Counted from the stretch's first letter, positions 17,864-27,864 are shown. The stretch: DNA of 39,771 nucleotides from an uncultured Gammaproteobacteria bacterium (GCA_964425105.1 CAYRLE010000003.1:4071-43841), one strand, 5' to 3'. The notes: generated from the letters alone by a model not told the origin. Numbers and translations: made by a program.

Positions 17864-19649
17864 AGAGTGCCTCGATGTCTTCACGGTGCCGCTCCACGAT
17901 GCGGCTGCGACGCAGCTTCAGGGTGGGGGTCAGCATACCATTTTCCACGCTCCAGGGTTCCAGGGTGAGGGCGATGCGGCGCACCTGGGCATAGCCGGGA
18001 AAGCTCCGCAGTTGTCCGGCCACGATCTCCAGCACCCGCTCCAGCAGGGCCGGGTCGCGCAGCGCTGCGGGATCATCGGGCGCCAGCCCCTGCTCCTGGG
18101 CCAGCCGCTGCCATTGGCGGCGATTGAGTACCGCCAGGGCCACCAGATAGGGCCGGCCCTCGCCGCAGATCAACACCTGTTCGAACAGCGGATGGAGGGT
18201 GATGGCCATCTCCATGTCAGCCGGCGGCAGTTTCTCGCCGTTGGAGAGCACGATGATCTCCTTGAGGCGCCCGGTGATATAGAGATGACCATCATCGTCC
18301 ATGCGCGCCTTGTCCCCGCTGTGCAGCCAGCCCTCGGCATCCATGATCTCGGCACTGGCCTCGGGACGCTGCCAGTAGCCCAGCATGACGCCGGGGCTCT
18401 TCACCAGCAATTCCTCGTCGCGGCCGATGCGGCATTCCACGTCGGGCAGCGGCCGGCCCACGCTGTCGGGCACGTTGTCCTCCAGGCGGTTGGCACTGAC
18501 CACCGGACTGGTCTCGGTCATGCCGTAGCCCTGCAGCAGGGGCACCTCCAGACCGATGAACAGCCGCGCCACGGCCTCCGACAAAGGCGCCCCGCCGCAC
18601 ACCGCGATACGCAGGCGGCCGCCAAGGCGCGCCTGAACCTTGTCGGCCACCAGGCGCTTGAGCAGCGGCCAGGCCAGCAGGGCGGGACGCCAGGGGGCCC
18701 GTCCCTGGCGATACAGGAAAGCCTGCCAGCCCACCGCCACCGCGGTGCGGAACAGGCGCTGCGCCAGCGCGGGACGCTGCGCCAGCTGCTCGGTGATGCG
18801 GTCGTAGATGCGTTCATAGATGCGCGGCACGGAGATCAGCACCGTGGGCCCGAGGGACTGCAGGTCCTCCGCCAGCAGGGACACCGCCCGGTTGTAGGCC
18901 ACCGCCGCCCCGGCCATCATGGGCAGGTAGTAGCCGACGGTGCGCTCCAGGGTGTGGGACAGGGGCAGAAATGAGAGAAACAGATCATCGCTATACACGG
19001 CGTTGCAGCGGTGGCAGGCATGGGCGTTCCACAGGATGTTGTGATGGCTGAGCATCACTCCCTTGGGACGCCCCACCGTCCCCGAGGTATAGACGATGGT
19101 GGCCAGAGACTCGCTGTCCGAGACCCGCAGCTGCAATTCATGATCGCCGTCGGGCAGCCAGTCCGCCAGGGAGCGGCAAGGCCCCTTGCCCCCCGCGCCT
19201 CGGCACAGCAGCACACGCTGCAAGGCGGCCAACTTGCGCAGGGCCGGCGCCAGCTGGCGCCACTGTTCATCGTCGTCGATCAGCAGCAGCCGGCTGCCGG
19301 TCTCCTCCAGGATGAAGGCCACGTTGTCGGGACGGTCGTTGACATAGAGCGGCACCACCACCAGACCCAGCCCCAGGGCCGCCTGCTCGAAGGCCACCCA
19401 CTGCCAGCCGTTGCCCAGCATCAATGCCACGCGCTCGCCGGCCTGCAGGCCCTCCGCCGCCAGCGCCGCCTGGCGCCGCGCCACCTCCGCCGCCAGCGTC
19501 TCCCAGTTCAGGTCGCGCCAGACACCGTCCTGGAAATAACGATAGGCCACGGCCTGGGGCGTGCGCCGCACCCGCTCCCCCAGCAAACCGGGGAGGGTGT
19601 TGGCCTGCTCGGGAGTGATGATGTCGATGGTGGGGTGCGGGCTGCTCAT
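17850..19649 (-). CDS. Long-chain fatty acyl-CoA ligase (AMP-dependent synthetase)
   Basis: IVYTSGTVGRPKGVMLSH, QGYGMTETSP, WLHSGD, GRLKE, LTPTLKLRR. Start set at MSSPHP; the upstream ORF extension runs through the heptamer repeat. Confidence 0.92.
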   Translation of the reverse strand: MSSPHPTIDIITPEQANTLPGLLGERVRRTPQAVAYRYFQDGVWRDLNWETLAAEVARRQAALAAEGLQAGERVALMLGNGWQWVAFEQAALGLGLVVVPLYVNDRPDNVAFILEETGSRLLLIDDDEQWRQLAPALRKLAALQRVLLCRGAGGKGPCRSLADWLPDGDHELQLRVSDSESLATIVYTSGTVGRPKGVMLSHHNILWNAHACHRCNAVYSDDLFLSFLPLSHTLERTVGYYLPMMAGAAVAYNRAVSLLAEDLQSLGPTVLISVPRIYERIYDRITEQLAQRPALAQRLFRTAVAVGWQAFLYRQGRAPWRPALLAWPLLKRLVADKVQARLGGRLRIAVCGGAPLSEAVARLFIGLEVPLLQGYGMTETSPVVSANRLEDNVPDSVGRPLPDVECRIGRDEELLVKSPGVMLGYWQRPEASAEIMDAEGWLHSGDKARMDDDGHLYITGRLKEIIVLSNGEKLPPADMEMAITLHPLFEQVLICGEGRPYLVALAVLNRRQWQRLAQEQGLAPDDPAALRDPALLERVLEIVAGQLRSFPGYAQVRRIALTLEPWSVENGMLTPTLKLRRSRIVERHREDIEALYEGH

Positions 19650-19663
19650 GTCACTGCTTGTTG

Positions 19664-19748
19664 GGTGAAGTGTAAGGAGTGAAGAGTGATGCGTGATGAA
19701 ACCGCTGACCCTTCCCACCTCATTACTCATCACTCTTTACTCTTCACC
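19664..19748. repeat. Heptamer inverted-repeat hairpin (mixed agtgaag/agtgatg units)
   Basis: ggtgaag-tgtaagg-agtgaag-agtgatg-cgtgatg (19664-19698) ... cattact-catcact-ctttact-cttcacc (19721-19748). Confidence 0.88.
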
Positions 19749-19771
19749 CATTAATTGCTCCAGCAATTCGA

Positions 19772-19792
19772 GGTGGGCTATGCCCGCCCTAC
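19772..19792 (-). repeat. GTAG-type REP-like element
   Basis: Minus strand reads GTAG-GGCGGGC-ATA-GCCCACC (GTAG foot plus imperfect palindrome), 6 nt after the fadJ-like stop. I found only one copy in this window. Confidence 0.5.
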
Positions 19793-19798
19793 AGGCAT

Positions 19799-21832
19799 TC
19801 AGCACAGGCTGTCCCAGCCCTCATCCGGCGCAAAGCGCTCGCCATGGGCGTGGGCCAGGGCCTCCAGGCGCGCCCGCAGCTTGGCCGCCCCCTCGCTGCG
19901 GATATAGTGGATGGGACCGCCGCGGAAGGGCGCGAAGCCGGTGCCGAAGATGATGCCACCATCCAGCAGATCCTCGTTTTCCACCACCCCTTCCCGCAGG
20001 CAGGCCACGGCCTCGTTGAGCATGCTCAACACCAGGCGGTCGCTGAGGTCGGCGGGCAGCTCGTCGTGCTTGAGACGCGCCTTCTGGGGCTTGCCTTTCT
20101 TGTAGGTGTAGAAGCCCTGGCCGGACTTGCGGCCCAGGCGCCCGGCCTCCACCAGGCTGCGCAGGCGCGGCGGCACCGTGGTGTCCAGGCTCTGGGCGAG
20201 GATTTCGGCCACCGACAGGCAGATGTCCAGGCCCACGGTATCCGCCAGTTCGATGGGTCCCATGGGCATGCCGAAGGCCACCGCCGCATGGTCGATGACC
20301 TCCGGCGGCACGCCCTCGCTCTCCAGCAGCACCGCCTCCAGCAGATAGGGCATGAGGATGCGGTTCACCAGGAAGCCAGGACTGCTCTTCACCGGCAGCG
20401 GCAGGCGGTCGATCTGGCGTGCGAAGCGCGTGGCCTGGGCCACCACCGCAGGGTCGCTGTCACGACCGTGGACGATCTCCACCAGCTGCATCTTGGCCAC
20501 CGGGTTGAAGAAGTGCAGCCCTACCAGGCGCGCCGGGCGCGCCAGGGCCTGCTCCAGTTCCTCCAGGGGAATGCTGGAGGTGTTGGTGGCCAGCACGGCA
20601 TCGGGCTTCATGCGCGGCTCCAGGCCGCGGTACAGTTCACGCTTGGCGTCGGCATTCTCGAAAATGGCCTCCACGATGACATCGGCCTTCCCTACCCCCA
20701 GCCCCTGGATGTCGGGCATGAGGCGGTCCATGGCCGCCCCCACCAGGCGCGGCTGGCGCAGACGTTTGCGGAACAGCTCATGGGCGCGTTGCACAGCGGG
20801 TGCCAGGCGCTCCGGCGTCTGGTCCTGGAGGGTCACCTGCAGGCCGCGCAGGGCGCACCAGGCGGCGATGTCGCCGCCCATGACGCCGGCGCCCACCACG
20901 TGGACATGGGCGGCGCGGAAATCGCTGTCCTTGCCCAGGCCCTTCATCTTCTCCTGGAGAAAGAACACCCGGATCAGATTCTGGGCGGTACTGCCGGTCA
21001 CCAGTTCGGCGACGGAATGGGCCTCCTGGGCCAGCATGACCTTGGGGTCATCGGCGTATTTGCGCCACAGATCGATGAGGGCGTAGGGCGCGGGATAGTG
21101 CGCCGCCGGCACACGCTTGGCCACGCTGTGGCGCAGGTAACGGGCCAGCAGGGGCCGCAGCAGGGCATGGCCAGGCAGGCGCTGCAGGCGGCCGGGTTCA
21201 TGGGGATGGGGAGGATGGAGGATCACCTCGCGGGCGGCGCGCTCCAGCTGACGGCGCGGCACGGCATAGTCCACCAGTCCCAGGCGGCGCGCAGCGCGGG
21301 CGCTGACGCTGCGCCCGGTGAGCATCAGCTGCAGGGCCTGCAGCGGACCGATGAGGCGCGGCAGGCGTACCGTGCCGCCGAAGCCGGGATGGATGCCCAG
21401 CTTCACCTCCGGCAGCCCCAGGCGGGTACCGGGATCGTCCACCGCGATGCGGTAGCGGCAGGCCAGGGCCAGCTCCAGGCCGCCCCCCAGGCAGAAGCCG
21501 TGGATCAGGCTCACCGTGGGATAGGGGAAGGCCTCCAGGCGGTCCAGCACCGTGTGGCAGCCGCGCATCAACTCGGTGGCCTCTGCCACGTCGCGTACCG
21601 TGAGGAATTCCTTGATGTCCGCCCCGGCGATGAAGCCGCTCTCCTTGGCCGAGCGGATCACGATACCCCGCAGGGGCTCATCGCTGAGTTCCTGAATACG
21701 CCGGTCCAGCTCCGCGATCACCTCCACGGAGAGCACATTGACGCCTGATCCCGCCTTGTCCAGGGTGAGCCAGGCGATCTCTTCGCTGTCGATGTGCAGC
21801 TGCCAGTGCTTGAATGTGGTTTCTTCCGTCAT
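19799..21832 (-). CDS. fadJ: Fatty-acid oxidation complex alpha subunit (enoyl-CoA hydratase / 3-hydroxyacyl-CoA dehydrogenase), FadJ-like
   Basis: FIAGADI, GGGLELALAC, LGLPEVKLG, VVGAGVMGGDIA, ATNTSSI, GLHFFNPV, PGFLVNR, GTGFAPFRGGP. Alternative start at 21853. Confidence 0.88.
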   Translation of the reverse strand: MTEETTFKHWQLHIDSEEIAWLTLDKAGSGVNVLSVEVIAELDRRIQELSDEPLRGIVIRSAKESGFIAGADIKEFLTVRDVAEATELMRGCHTVLDRLEAFPYPTVSLIHGFCLGGGLELALACRYRIAVDDPGTRLGLPEVKLGIHPGFGGTVRLPRLIGPLQALQLMLTGRSVSARAARRLGLVDYAVPRRQLERAAREVILHPPHPHEPGRLQRLPGHALLRPLLARYLRHSVAKRVPAAHYPAPYALIDLWRKYADDPKVMLAQEAHSVAELVTGSTAQNLIRVFFLQEKMKGLGKDSDFRAAHVHVVGAGVMGGDIAAWCALRGLQVTLQDQTPERLAPAVQRAHELFRKRLRQPRLVGAAMDRLMPDIQGLGVGKADVIVEAIFENADAKRELYRGLEPRMKPDAVLATNTSSIPLEELEQALARPARLVGLHFFNPVAKMQLVEIVHGRDSDPAVVAQATRFARQIDRLPLPVKSSPGFLVNRILMPYLLEAVLLESEGVPPEVIDHAAVAFGMPMGPIELADTVGLDICLSVAEILAQSLDTTVPPRLRSLVEAGRLGRKSGQGFYTYKKGKPQKARLKHDELPADLSDRLVLSMLNEAVACLREGVVENEDLLDGGIIFGTGFAPFRGGPIHYIRSEGAAKLRARLEALAHAHGERFAPDEGWDSLC

Positions 21833-21845
21833 GGCCTTTTTTCCT

Positions 21846-23156
21846 TCAATCACGGCTCAGCAGCATGGCGCCACCCTGGCCGCCCCCGATGCACAGGGTT
21901 GCAATGCCGCGCCGGCTGTTGGTGCGTTGCAAGACATGGAGCAGATGGAGCACGATGCGCGCCCCGCTGGCGCCCACCGGGTGGCCCAGGCTGATGCCGC
22001 CGCCGTCCACGTTGAGCCGTTCCGGGTCCACCTCGCCGAGGGGCGTGCGCCGCTCCAGTTCGCGGCGGCAGTATTCCTTGTCCTGCCAGGCCGCCAGTAC
22101 CGCCAGCACCTGGACGGCGAAGGCCTCGTTGATCTCCCAGTAGTCTATCTTGTCCAGGGCCAGGCGGTGGCGGCGCAGCAGGGGCACCACGGCGTGGGCC
22201 GGTCCCAGCCCCATCTCGGCGGGGTCCACCCCGGCCCACTGGCAGTCCTCGATGCGCCCCAGGACGGGCAGGCCGTGCTGCTCCACCGCCGCCTCGCTGG
22301 CCAGGATCAGCAGCGCCGCGCCGTCGGTGACCTGGGCGCTGTTGCCTGCCGTGACCATGCCGAAGGGACGGTCGAACACCGGCTTGAGCTTGGCCAACCT
22401 CTCCATACTGCTGTCGCGGCGCAGGCCGTCGTCGGCAGCATAGAAATGGCCGCGGCTGTCATAGAGGGTCTCGATCTCCTTGAGCAGGCCTTCGTCCTGG
22501 GCGCGTGCCAGGCGCTGATGGCTGCGCAGGGCGTAGGCATCCATCTGCTCACGGCCGATGCCGAAGCGATAGGCAAGATTCTCGGCGGTCTGCCCCATGG
22601 ACAGCCCTACCACCGGATCGGTGAGGCCACACAGCAATCCGATGACGGGCTTGAAATAGGCAGGGCGCAGGCGACCCAGCAGCTTGAGGCGCTGTCCCGC
22701 GCTCCTGGCGGCATTCCAGGCCCCCAGCCATTCCACCATCTTCTGGCCCAGCAGCACCGGGGCGCGGCTCATGGCCTCGGTACCGCCGGCCAGCACCAGC
22801 TCGGAGCGGCCGCTGGCGATATTCTGCCAGGCGCAGTCCAGGGCCTGCATGCCGGAAGCGCAGTTGCGTTGCACCGTCCAGGCGGTGACCTCTTTGCCGC
22901 AGCCCAGGCGCAGAGACACCACCCGGGCGATGTTGGCCTCGTCGGGACCGGGCATCACGCAGCCCAGGATCACCTCGTCGAAGGCATCGGGCGCGAAGGG
23001 CTGGCGGGCCAGCAGCGGCCTTCCTGCGCCCAGCGCCAACTCGGCGGCGCTGAAGGGACCGGGCTTGCCTTTGGCCTTGAGAAAGGGCGTGCGGCTGCCA
23101 TCCACCACATAGACGGGCCGCATCTTCACCCTGTTGTTGGTTTTTTGTTGTGCCAT
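21846..23156 (-). CDS. fadI: Acetyl-CoA C-acyltransferase (3-ketoacyl-CoA thiolase), FadI-like
   Basis: RTPFLKA, QRNCASG, NEAFA, GHPVGASG, CIGGGQG. Confidence 0.85.
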   Translation of the reverse strand: MAQQKTNNRVKMRPVYVVDGSRTPFLKAKGKPGPFSAAELALGAGRPLLARQPFAPDAFDEVILGCVMPGPDEANIARVVSLRLGCGKEVTAWTVQRNCASGMQALDCAWQNIASGRSELVLAGGTEAMSRAPVLLGQKMVEWLGAWNAARSAGQRLKLLGRLRPAYFKPVIGLLCGLTDPVVGLSMGQTAENLAYRFGIGREQMDAYALRSHQRLARAQDEGLLKEIETLYDSRGHFYAADDGLRRDSSMERLAKLKPVFDRPFGMVTAGNSAQVTDGAALLILASEAAVEQHGLPVLGRIEDCQWAGVDPAEMGLGPAHAVVPLLRRHRLALDKIDYWEINEAFAVQVLAVLAAWQDKEYCRRELERRTPLGEVDPERLNVDGGGISLGHPVGASGARIVLHLLHVLQRTNSRRGIATLCIGGGQGGAMLLSRD

Positions 23157-23162
23157 GGGGCT

Positions 23163-25595
23163 CTACTCCCTGTTCCAGTAGTGGGCTGGAAAATCGTCCA
23201 CCTTGATCACCTCGCGGCGGGCGGCGATGAGACTACGATAGCGCGCCGCCTCGTCCACGTCGAGGATGCCGGCGGCCAGGGCCTGCTCCAGCAGCGCCTC
23301 TTCGCCGTTGTCGTTGCCCAGGCGCCCTTCGCGCAGGCCCTGATGGAGCCGGGCCTCGATGTCCGCGCACTCCATCACCAGGGCCAGGGTGCGGTCCAGG
23401 CGGCCGATGGCCTGGCTCTCGTCATCCGTCAGATAGATCCCGGCGGTGAGGCGGTCGCGGGCCGGCGAGGGTTCCAGGATCAGGGCCGCCACCCGGTGAC
23501 CCAGGGTATCGGCCGGCGGACGGTAAGGGCGGCCGAGGGGAAAGGCCAGCAGACGCAGGGCCCAGGCCACGGGACGCAGCGGCAGGTTGCTCAGGAAGCC
23601 GCGCAGGGCCTCCTGGATCAGATACAGGCTGCGCTGGCAGTTCCAGTGCACCAGGGGCAGGTCCGCGGCGGGACAGCCGTCGTCCTCGAAACGCTTGAGC
23701 ACGGCGGAGGCCAGATAGAGGTGGCTGAGCATGTCGCCGAGGCGCGCCGAGAGGCGTTCGCGACGCTTCAGCGCCCCTCCCAGCAACAGCATGGCGATGT
23801 CGGCGCTCATGGCGAAAACTGCGCTCATGCGCGTCAGTTGCTGATAATAGCGCCGGCACTGGGGCGCCCCCGGCGTCTTCAGCAGGCGCGCGCCGCCCAG
23901 CCCCAGCCACAGGCTGCGCACCACGTTGCCGATAGTGAAACCCACGTGTCCCCAGAAGGCGCGGTCGAAGTCGCGCAGGGCCTGTTCATGGTCGGCGCTG
24001 GCCACGGCCTGCATCTCACGCAGCACATAGGGATGGCAGCGCACCGCTCCCTGCCCGAAGATGATCAGGCTGCGGGTGAGAATGTTGGCGCCTTCCACGG
24101 TGATGCTGATGGGGATGGCCTGATAGATGCGGCCCAGGAGATTGCGCGGCCCCATGCAGATGGCGCTGCCGCCCTGCACGTCCATGGCGTCGTTGATGGC
24201 CTGGCGCATGTGTTCGGTGAGGTGGTACTTGACGATGGCGGAGACCACCGAGGGCTTGGCGCCGGTATCCACCGCCCCCGCCGTCATGACCCGCGCCGCT
24301 TCCATCATGTAGGCGCCGCCGGCGATGCGCGCCAGGGCCTCCTCCACCCCCTCGAAGCGGCCGATGGGCACCTTGAACTGGCGGCGGATGCGGGCATAGG
24401 CCCCGGTGGCGCGGCTGGCCAGTTTGGCGGCGCCGGTACTCAGCGCCGGCAGGGAAATGGAACGGCCGGCGGCCAGGCTCTCCATGAGCATGCGCCAGCC
24501 CTGGCCGGCGCGCTGGGCGCCGCCGATGATCCAGTCCAGGGGGATGAATACGTCCCGGCCCCAGTTGGGACCGTTCTGGAAGACTTGGTTGAGCGGCGCA
24601 TGGCGCGTGCCGATGGTGATGCCCGGGGTGTCGGTGGGAATCAGGGCCAGGGTGATGCCCAGTTCCTCTTCCTCCCCCAGCAGGTGATCGGGATCGTAGA
24701 GCTTGAAGGCCAGGCCCAGCACCGTGGCCACCGGCCCGAGGGTGATGTAGCGCTTCTCCCAGTTGAGACGGATACCGAGCACTTCCTGACCCTGAAACTC
24801 GCCGCGGCACACCACGCCGCGGTCGGGCATGGCGCCGGCGTCGCTGCCCGCCTCGGGCCCGGTGAGCGCAAAGCAGGGCACCTCCTCGCCCTTGGCCAGG
24901 CGCGGCAGGTAGTGCTGCTTCTGCGCGTCGGTGCCGTAGTGCAGCAGCAACTCGGCGGGCCCCAGGGAATTGGGCACCATCACGGTCACCGCTGCCGTGG
25001 TGCTGCGGGTGGCGATTTTCTGCACCACGCAGGAATGGGCCAGGGCCGAGAAGCCCAAGCCACCGTATTCCTTGGGAATGATCATGCCGAAGAAGCCCTG
25101 CTCCTTAATATAGCGCCACACCTCTGCGGGGAGGTCATGCAGTTCCTCGGTGATGCGCCAGTCGTCCAGCATGCGGCACAACTCGTCCACCGGCCCGTCG
25201 AGGAAGGCCTGTTCCTCCGCCGTGAGGCGGGGCGCCGGCATGGCCAGCAGTTTCTCCCAGTCGGGGCGGCCGCTGAACAGATCGCCGTCCCACCATACGG
25301 TGCCGGCCTCCAGGGCCTCGCGCTCGGTGCGCGACATGCGCGGCATCATGGTGCGGAAGGCAGCCAGCACCCGGGCGCTGAGCAGACGGCGCAGCGGCAC
25401 TAGGTTCAGAGGGATGAGGGTGAGGGCAAAGAACAACCAGACGACAACAGCAGCGGAGGTGGAAGGTTGCTGAAGCCAGGTCCACAACAGAAGATAGAGC
25501 GTTACGGCAGCCGACCACTGCCACAATGCCAGGCGGCGGTAAGCCGCCACACCCAGGAGCGCGCAAAATAATATCAACCAGAAAAAAACATCCAT
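23163..25595 (-). CDS. fadE: Membrane-anchored acyl-CoA dehydrogenase
   Basis: 810 aa, N-terminal TM segments, TEREALEAGTVWW, VMVPNSLGPAELL, FALTGPEAGSDAG, ITVEGANILTR; FadE-type C-terminal domain. Confidence 0.95.
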   Translation of the reverse strand: MDVFFWLILFCALLGVAAYRRLALWQWSAAVTLYLLLWTWLQQPSTSAAVVVWLFFALTLIPLNLVPLRRLLSARVLAAFRTMMPRMSRTEREALEAGTVWWDGDLFSGRPDWEKLLAMPAPRLTAEEQAFLDGPVDELCRMLDDWRITEELHDLPAEVWRYIKEQGFFGMIIPKEYGGLGFSALAHSCVVQKIATRSTTAAVTVMVPNSLGPAELLLHYGTDAQKQHYLPRLAKGEEVPCFALTGPEAGSDAGAMPDRGVVCRGEFQGQEVLGIRLNWEKRYITLGPVATVLGLAFKLYDPDHLLGEEEELGITLALIPTDTPGITIGTRHAPLNQVFQNGPNWGRDVFIPLDWIIGGAQRAGQGWRMLMESLAAGRSISLPALSTGAAKLASRATGAYARIRRQFKVPIGRFEGVEEALARIAGGAYMMEAARVMTAGAVDTGAKPSVVSAIVKYHLTEHMRQAINDAMDVQGGSAICMGPRNLLGRIYQAIPISITVEGANILTRSLIIFGQGAVRCHPYVLREMQAVASADHEQALRDFDRAFWGHVGFTIGNVVRSLWLGLGGARLLKTPGAPQCRRYYQQLTRMSAVFAMSADIAMLLLGGALKRRERLSARLGDMLSHLYLASAVLKRFEDDGCPAADLPLVHWNCQRSLYLIQEALRGFLSNLPLRPVAWALRLLAFPLGRPYRPPADTLGHRVAALILEPSPARDRLTAGIYLTDDESQAIGRLDRTLALVMECADIEARLHQGLREGRLGNDNGEEALLEQALAAGILDVDEAARYRSLIAARREVIKVDDFPAHYWNRE

Positions 25596-25839
25596 ATCAT
25601 GTCCCCGGAATATTCATGGTGATCCCTCTCCCGGCCCGGCCGTTCAGGGCCTCCGCCATCATACCCCATCCGGGAGCCTGTTGGGCTTAGTCGCCGTTTC
25701 TGGTAACTTGTTGCGGCCGTTGCCGCCTGCCGCAGGTTTTTTTTTCAGTATCCATGTTATCGGCGCGGCAGGCGCTTTCTCAAATGACATCAGCCATTAA
25801 AACAAGCCGTTAGCGGAAGAAACGGCAAGGACGACACAT

Positions 25840-26610
25840 ATGATCAAGATCGCCACCTGGAACGTCAATTCTCTGCGGGTGCGCCTGCCCCAGGTTCTGG
25901 ACTGGGCCTATGACAAGGACCCGGACATCCTCGCCCTGCAGGAGACCAAGCTCCAGGATCCGGACTTCCCTCTCGCGGAGTGCCAGGCGGCCGGTTTTCA
26001 GGCGGTGTTCGCCGGCCAGAAGACCTACAACGGCGTCGCCATCCTCAGCCGCACCCCAGCCGAGGAGGTGATCTGCGACCTCCCCGGCCTGGAAGATCAC
26101 CAGCGCAGGCTGCTGGCCGCCACCTACGAAGGCATCCGCGTCGTCAACGTCTACATCCCCAACGGCGAAAGCGTGGGCTCGGAGAAATACCAGTATAAAC
26201 TGCGCTGGCTGGCCAGCCTGGTGGACTTTCTCGAAGAGCAGCTGCGCCGCTACCCGCGCCTGGTGCTGCTGGGCGATTTCAACATCGCCCCCGAGGCCCG
26301 CGACGTCCACGACCCCGAGCAATGGGAGGGGCGGGTGCTGTTCTCCGAGCCGGAACGCCAGGCCTTCCGCGACCTGCTGGCCACCGGCCTGTGCGACACC
26401 TTCCGCCTCTTCGAGCAGGAGGAACAAAGCTTCAGCTGGTGGGACTACCGCATGGCCGCCTTCCGCCGCAACCTCGGCCTGCGCATCGACCACATCCTGG
26501 CCAGCCCCGAACTCTGCGCTCAATGCCGCGCCAGCACCATCGACAAGACCCCACGCAGCTGGGAACGCCCCTCGGACCATGCCCCGGTGATGGCTGAATT
26601 CGAGGTCTGA
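25840..26610 (+). CDS. xth: Exodeoxyribonuclease III
   Basis: IATWNVNSLR, LQETK, YNGVAI, GDFNIAP, WWDYR, LRIDHIL, SDHAPV. Confidence 0.97.
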   Translation: MIKIATWNVNSLRVRLPQVLDWAYDKDPDILALQETKLQDPDFPLAECQAAGFQAVFAGQKTYNGVAILSRTPAEEVICDLPGLEDHQRRLLAATYEGIRVVNVYIPNGESVGSEKYQYKLRWLASLVDFLEEQLRRYPRLVLLGDFNIAPEARDVHDPEQWEGRVLFSEPERQAFRDLLATGLCDTFRLFEQEEQSFSWWDYRMAAFRRNLGLRIDHILASPELCAQCRASTIDKTPRSWERPSDHAPVMAEFEV

Positions 26611-26757
26611 GCCTTTGCGCCCACCAAGCCCCTGGCATAGCCCCACGGCCTGTGTCATGCCGATGCAGGCCGCCATGACGAACGAACCGAACGCTCTCCA
26701 AGTGATATCATAGCTACAGCCATCCAACCACAACCCCTATCAGGGAGGACACAGCCC

Positions 26758-27858
26758 ATGGCCGTCGATCTCTTCACGCCGCTCGACCTCGGCCCCTATA
26801 CGCTGCCCAACCGCATCTTCATGGCGCCCATGACCCGCAACCGCGCCCCGGGAAACATACCCACCCCCCTCATGGCCACCTACTACGCCCAGCGCGCCAG
26901 CGCCGGGCTGATCATCAGCGAGGCCACGCAGATCTCCCCCCAGGGCGTGGGCTACCCCAACACCCCGGGCATCCATTCCGAGGAACAGGTGCAGGGCTGG
27001 CAAGGGGTCACCGATGCCGTCCATGGGCAAGGCGGCCATATCTTTCTCCAGCTCTGGCACGTGGGGCGCATCTCCCATCCCGACCTGCAGCCCGACGGCG
27101 CCCTGCCCGTGGCCCCCTCGGCCATTCGTCCCGCTGGCGAGGCCGTGACCTATGCGGGACCCAAGCCCTTCGTCACGCCGCGCGCCCTGGAAAGCGAGGA
27201 AATCCCCGCCATCGTGCGCCAGTATGGCGAGGCCGCGGAAAATGCAAAACGCGCCGGTTTCGACGGCGTCGAGATCCACGCCGCCAACGGCTACCTCATC
27301 GACCAGTTCCTGCGCGACGGCAGCAACCAGCGCAGCGACCGCTATGGCGGCTCCCTGGAGAACCGTGCCCGCTTCCTGCTGGAGGTCACCCAGGCGGTTG
27401 TCGATGCATGGGACGCCCGCCACGTCGGCGTGCGCCTCTCGCCCCTGCAGCCCTTCAACGACATGCGCGACGCCAACCCCGAGGCCACCTTCAGCTACGC
27501 TGTTGAGCAGCTGAACGACTTCGGCCTCGGTTATCTGCACATCACTGAAATGGGCAAGGAGGCGCCGGGCGCAGCCGGACCGCCCTTCGACCTGAAAGTG
27601 CTGCGCGAAACCTGGCGGGGCGTCTACGTCACCAACGGCGGCTACGACAAGGCAAAGGCCCAGGCCGCCATCGGCGCAGGCCTCGCCGATGCCGTGGCCT
27701 TCGGCCAGTTGTTCATCGCCAACCCCGACCTGGTGGAACGCTTCCGCGCCGATGCGCCGCTGAACACCCCGGATCCCGACACTTTCTATGGCGGCGCAGA
27801 GAAGGGTTATACCGATTATCCAACGTTGGACGAATCCAACGACCAGAATCGATCCTGA
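26758..27858 (+). CDS. Old Yellow Enzyme alkene reductase (NemA-like)
   Basis: NRIFMAPMTR, YYAQRASAGLIISE, QLWHVGR, GFDGVEIHAANGYLIDQF, FYGG..KGYTDYP; SD GGAGG. Confidence 0.93.
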   Translation: MAVDLFTPLDLGPYTLPNRIFMAPMTRNRAPGNIPTPLMATYYAQRASAGLIISEATQISPQGVGYPNTPGIHSEEQVQGWQGVTDAVHGQGGHIFLQLWHVGRISHPDLQPDGALPVAPSAIRPAGEAVTYAGPKPFVTPRALESEEIPAIVRQYGEAAENAKRAGFDGVEIHAANGYLIDQFLRDGSNQRSDRYGGSLENRARFLLEVTQAVVDAWDARHVGVRLSPLQPFNDMRDANPEATFSYAVEQLNDFGLGYLHITEMGKEAPGAAGPPFDLKVLRETWRGVYVTNGGYDKAKAQAAIGAGLADAVAFGQLFIANPDLVERFRADAPLNTPDPDTFYGGAEKGYTDYPTLDESNDQNRS

Positions 27859-27864
27859 ATCCCC

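Noticed and set aside
21738-25403. 1221-aa plus-strand ORF, and other long antisense ORFs such as 4589-6565, 10502-12265, 14923-17076, 19844-21748 and 31767-33629
   Set aside because: They lie antisense to well-supported genes and have no recognisable motifs; these are typical shadow ORFs caused by high-GC codon bias.
25672-25690. gggagcctgttgggcttag, reminiscent of an IS/MITE terminal repeat
   Set aside because: No matching inverted partner, target duplication or transposase found; the resemblance is from memory only.
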